Shown here: piece by piece, positions 62,565 through 64,000 of the stretch
Layout: the number at the start of each line of letters is the position of its first letter
Numbering within the stretch: position 1 is the stretch's first letter
Assembly (NCBI RefSeq): GCF_006345805.1
Contig: NC_043022.1
Span: 10,168,001-10,232,000 of the forward strand
From: Octopus sinensis
Taxonomy: Eukaryota
Length of the DNA stretch: 64,000 nt
Reading direction: 5' to 3'
The notes under the pieces: model-generated
What the model was told of the DNA's origin: nothing
Databases searched by the model: none
Seen by the model: only the letters and a program-made list of their open reading frames with translations
Made by a program: the position numbers and the translations under genes

Positions 62565-64000
62565 GTTTTTGTGGAAGATTGGAAATGGACATCACAACCC
62601 CACTTGTGTAACGGTGATTCTCGTTTACAGCTACCACATGATGTCAAGACAAGAAGACACAAACACATATACATGTACACATATATACATATATATACAC
62701 ATGTATACGTATATGTATGTGTATATATATACGTATGCGTATATATATATACATATACGTGCATTTATGTGTGTGTGTATGTGGTGATTGTGGAGGTGGT
62801 AGTTGTGATGGTTGAAGTAGTGGTAGTGGTATGCTGGGTAGTAGTAGTAGTAGTAGTAGTAGTTGTTGTAGTAGTGGTGGTTGTATCACCTAAACAAGAT
62901 AAAGGCCATGAACCAACAAAAGTGCTCCTCCAACACACATACACTCACACATACGCGCAAACACACACACATACACTCACACATACGCGCAAACACAGAC
63001 ACACACACACACACACACACTCACCAGTCACCAGTTTGCAAGAAATAGCAGCCAAATAAAAATTTGCGAATTTGTCAGAAACAAGCCATCATAGAGATCG
63101 CTGTATGATCTCTCGATCTGCTAGAAATAGCGGCCAATATCTCCCCCTCCCCTATACCTCACTCAGCTCACACGAAACCGTCCGAACAAAAGATCCATTG
63201 GATGGTCTAATCTAAGGTGGACTTATATTTAAGAAACAAAATCACGGTACGGCCACTGTTGGAGTGCCTTAGGTCATTGGTCTGCTCGTTGGATCGAAGC
63301 CAACTGGGAATTACCAGCACCACCACCACCACCAGTAACACCCAACACTAACACCTTAGCCACCGCCATCAACAGCAAAGGCATAGCACCAACACCTTCA
63401 CCACCACTACCACCTCTATCAACAACAATGCCGATACAAACCCCACCCCACCACCACTACCAGCAAAAACCCCACCACCCCCACCACCGCCCACACTACC
63501 AAAAACAACAACAACAGCAGCGACGATGACAACAAAACCAGTAAGCTAGGCAAAGCGGATGAGACGAATTAATTAAGCAATCTAATTAAGAGGTAATGAC
63601 GTGCTATTACTTGAGTAGTTTACAGTAGCATCGAGCAGAGGCGGAGAGTGGTGGTGGTGGTGGTGGTGGTGGGAGTTTAGTCCCTGTATTAGATGTAGTA
63701 TTACTGGTACCAATCGTTTGTGCGTGTTAATAAAAAAAAAAGTGACCCGTCGAAGATGGTAAGGCTGGCAGAATCGTTAGAGCATCGAACGAAATGTTTT
63801 GTGTATGGTGGGTAGGTTTGTTTCTGATTCTTAAGTTCTGATTTCGAATTCCACCGTAATCAGCTTTGCTTTCCATCCTTTCGAGGCTGATAAAACAAAG
63901 TACCAGTCAAGGACAGGAGTCAATAAAATAGAGTACCGAATGAGTCCTGGGGTATCAATTCCTTACAAGACTGATCAAGTGCCAAGATGAGAAAGAATGT

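Overview
Eukaryotic, repeat-saturated DNA, most likely an octopus/coleoid cephalopod genome (inferred from its tRNA-derived SINE families and extreme microsatellite density). The only confidently identified gene is a minus-strand facilitative sugar transporter (SLC2A/GLUT family) with two coding exons (14036-13917 and 2444-2284); the gene continues beyond the window start and its first exon is ambiguous. Two more minus-strand exon candidates (47504-47443 and 44136-43822, KEES-repeat) may belong to a second gene. The rest is SINEs, RTE/CR1 LINE remnants, mariner, piggyBac and hAT elements, a Gypsy gag-pro remnant, a small 16S NUMT and satellites. The most interesting signal is not in the ORF track: about 17 type I hammerhead-ribozyme (HHR) motifs from about 6-7 distinct Penelope-like pseudo-LTR families. 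They sit in (TA)n tracts, often in head-to-head palindromes, and several have non-canonical cores (CCGACGA, CUGUCGA, CAGAUGA). They are densest at 60.0-62.05 kb: an HHR with a 65-nt stem II inside a perfect 211-bp inverted repeat, followed by a 747-bp tandem dimer whose unit encodes hammerheads on both strands. All folds were read by eye; no activity or database match was tested.
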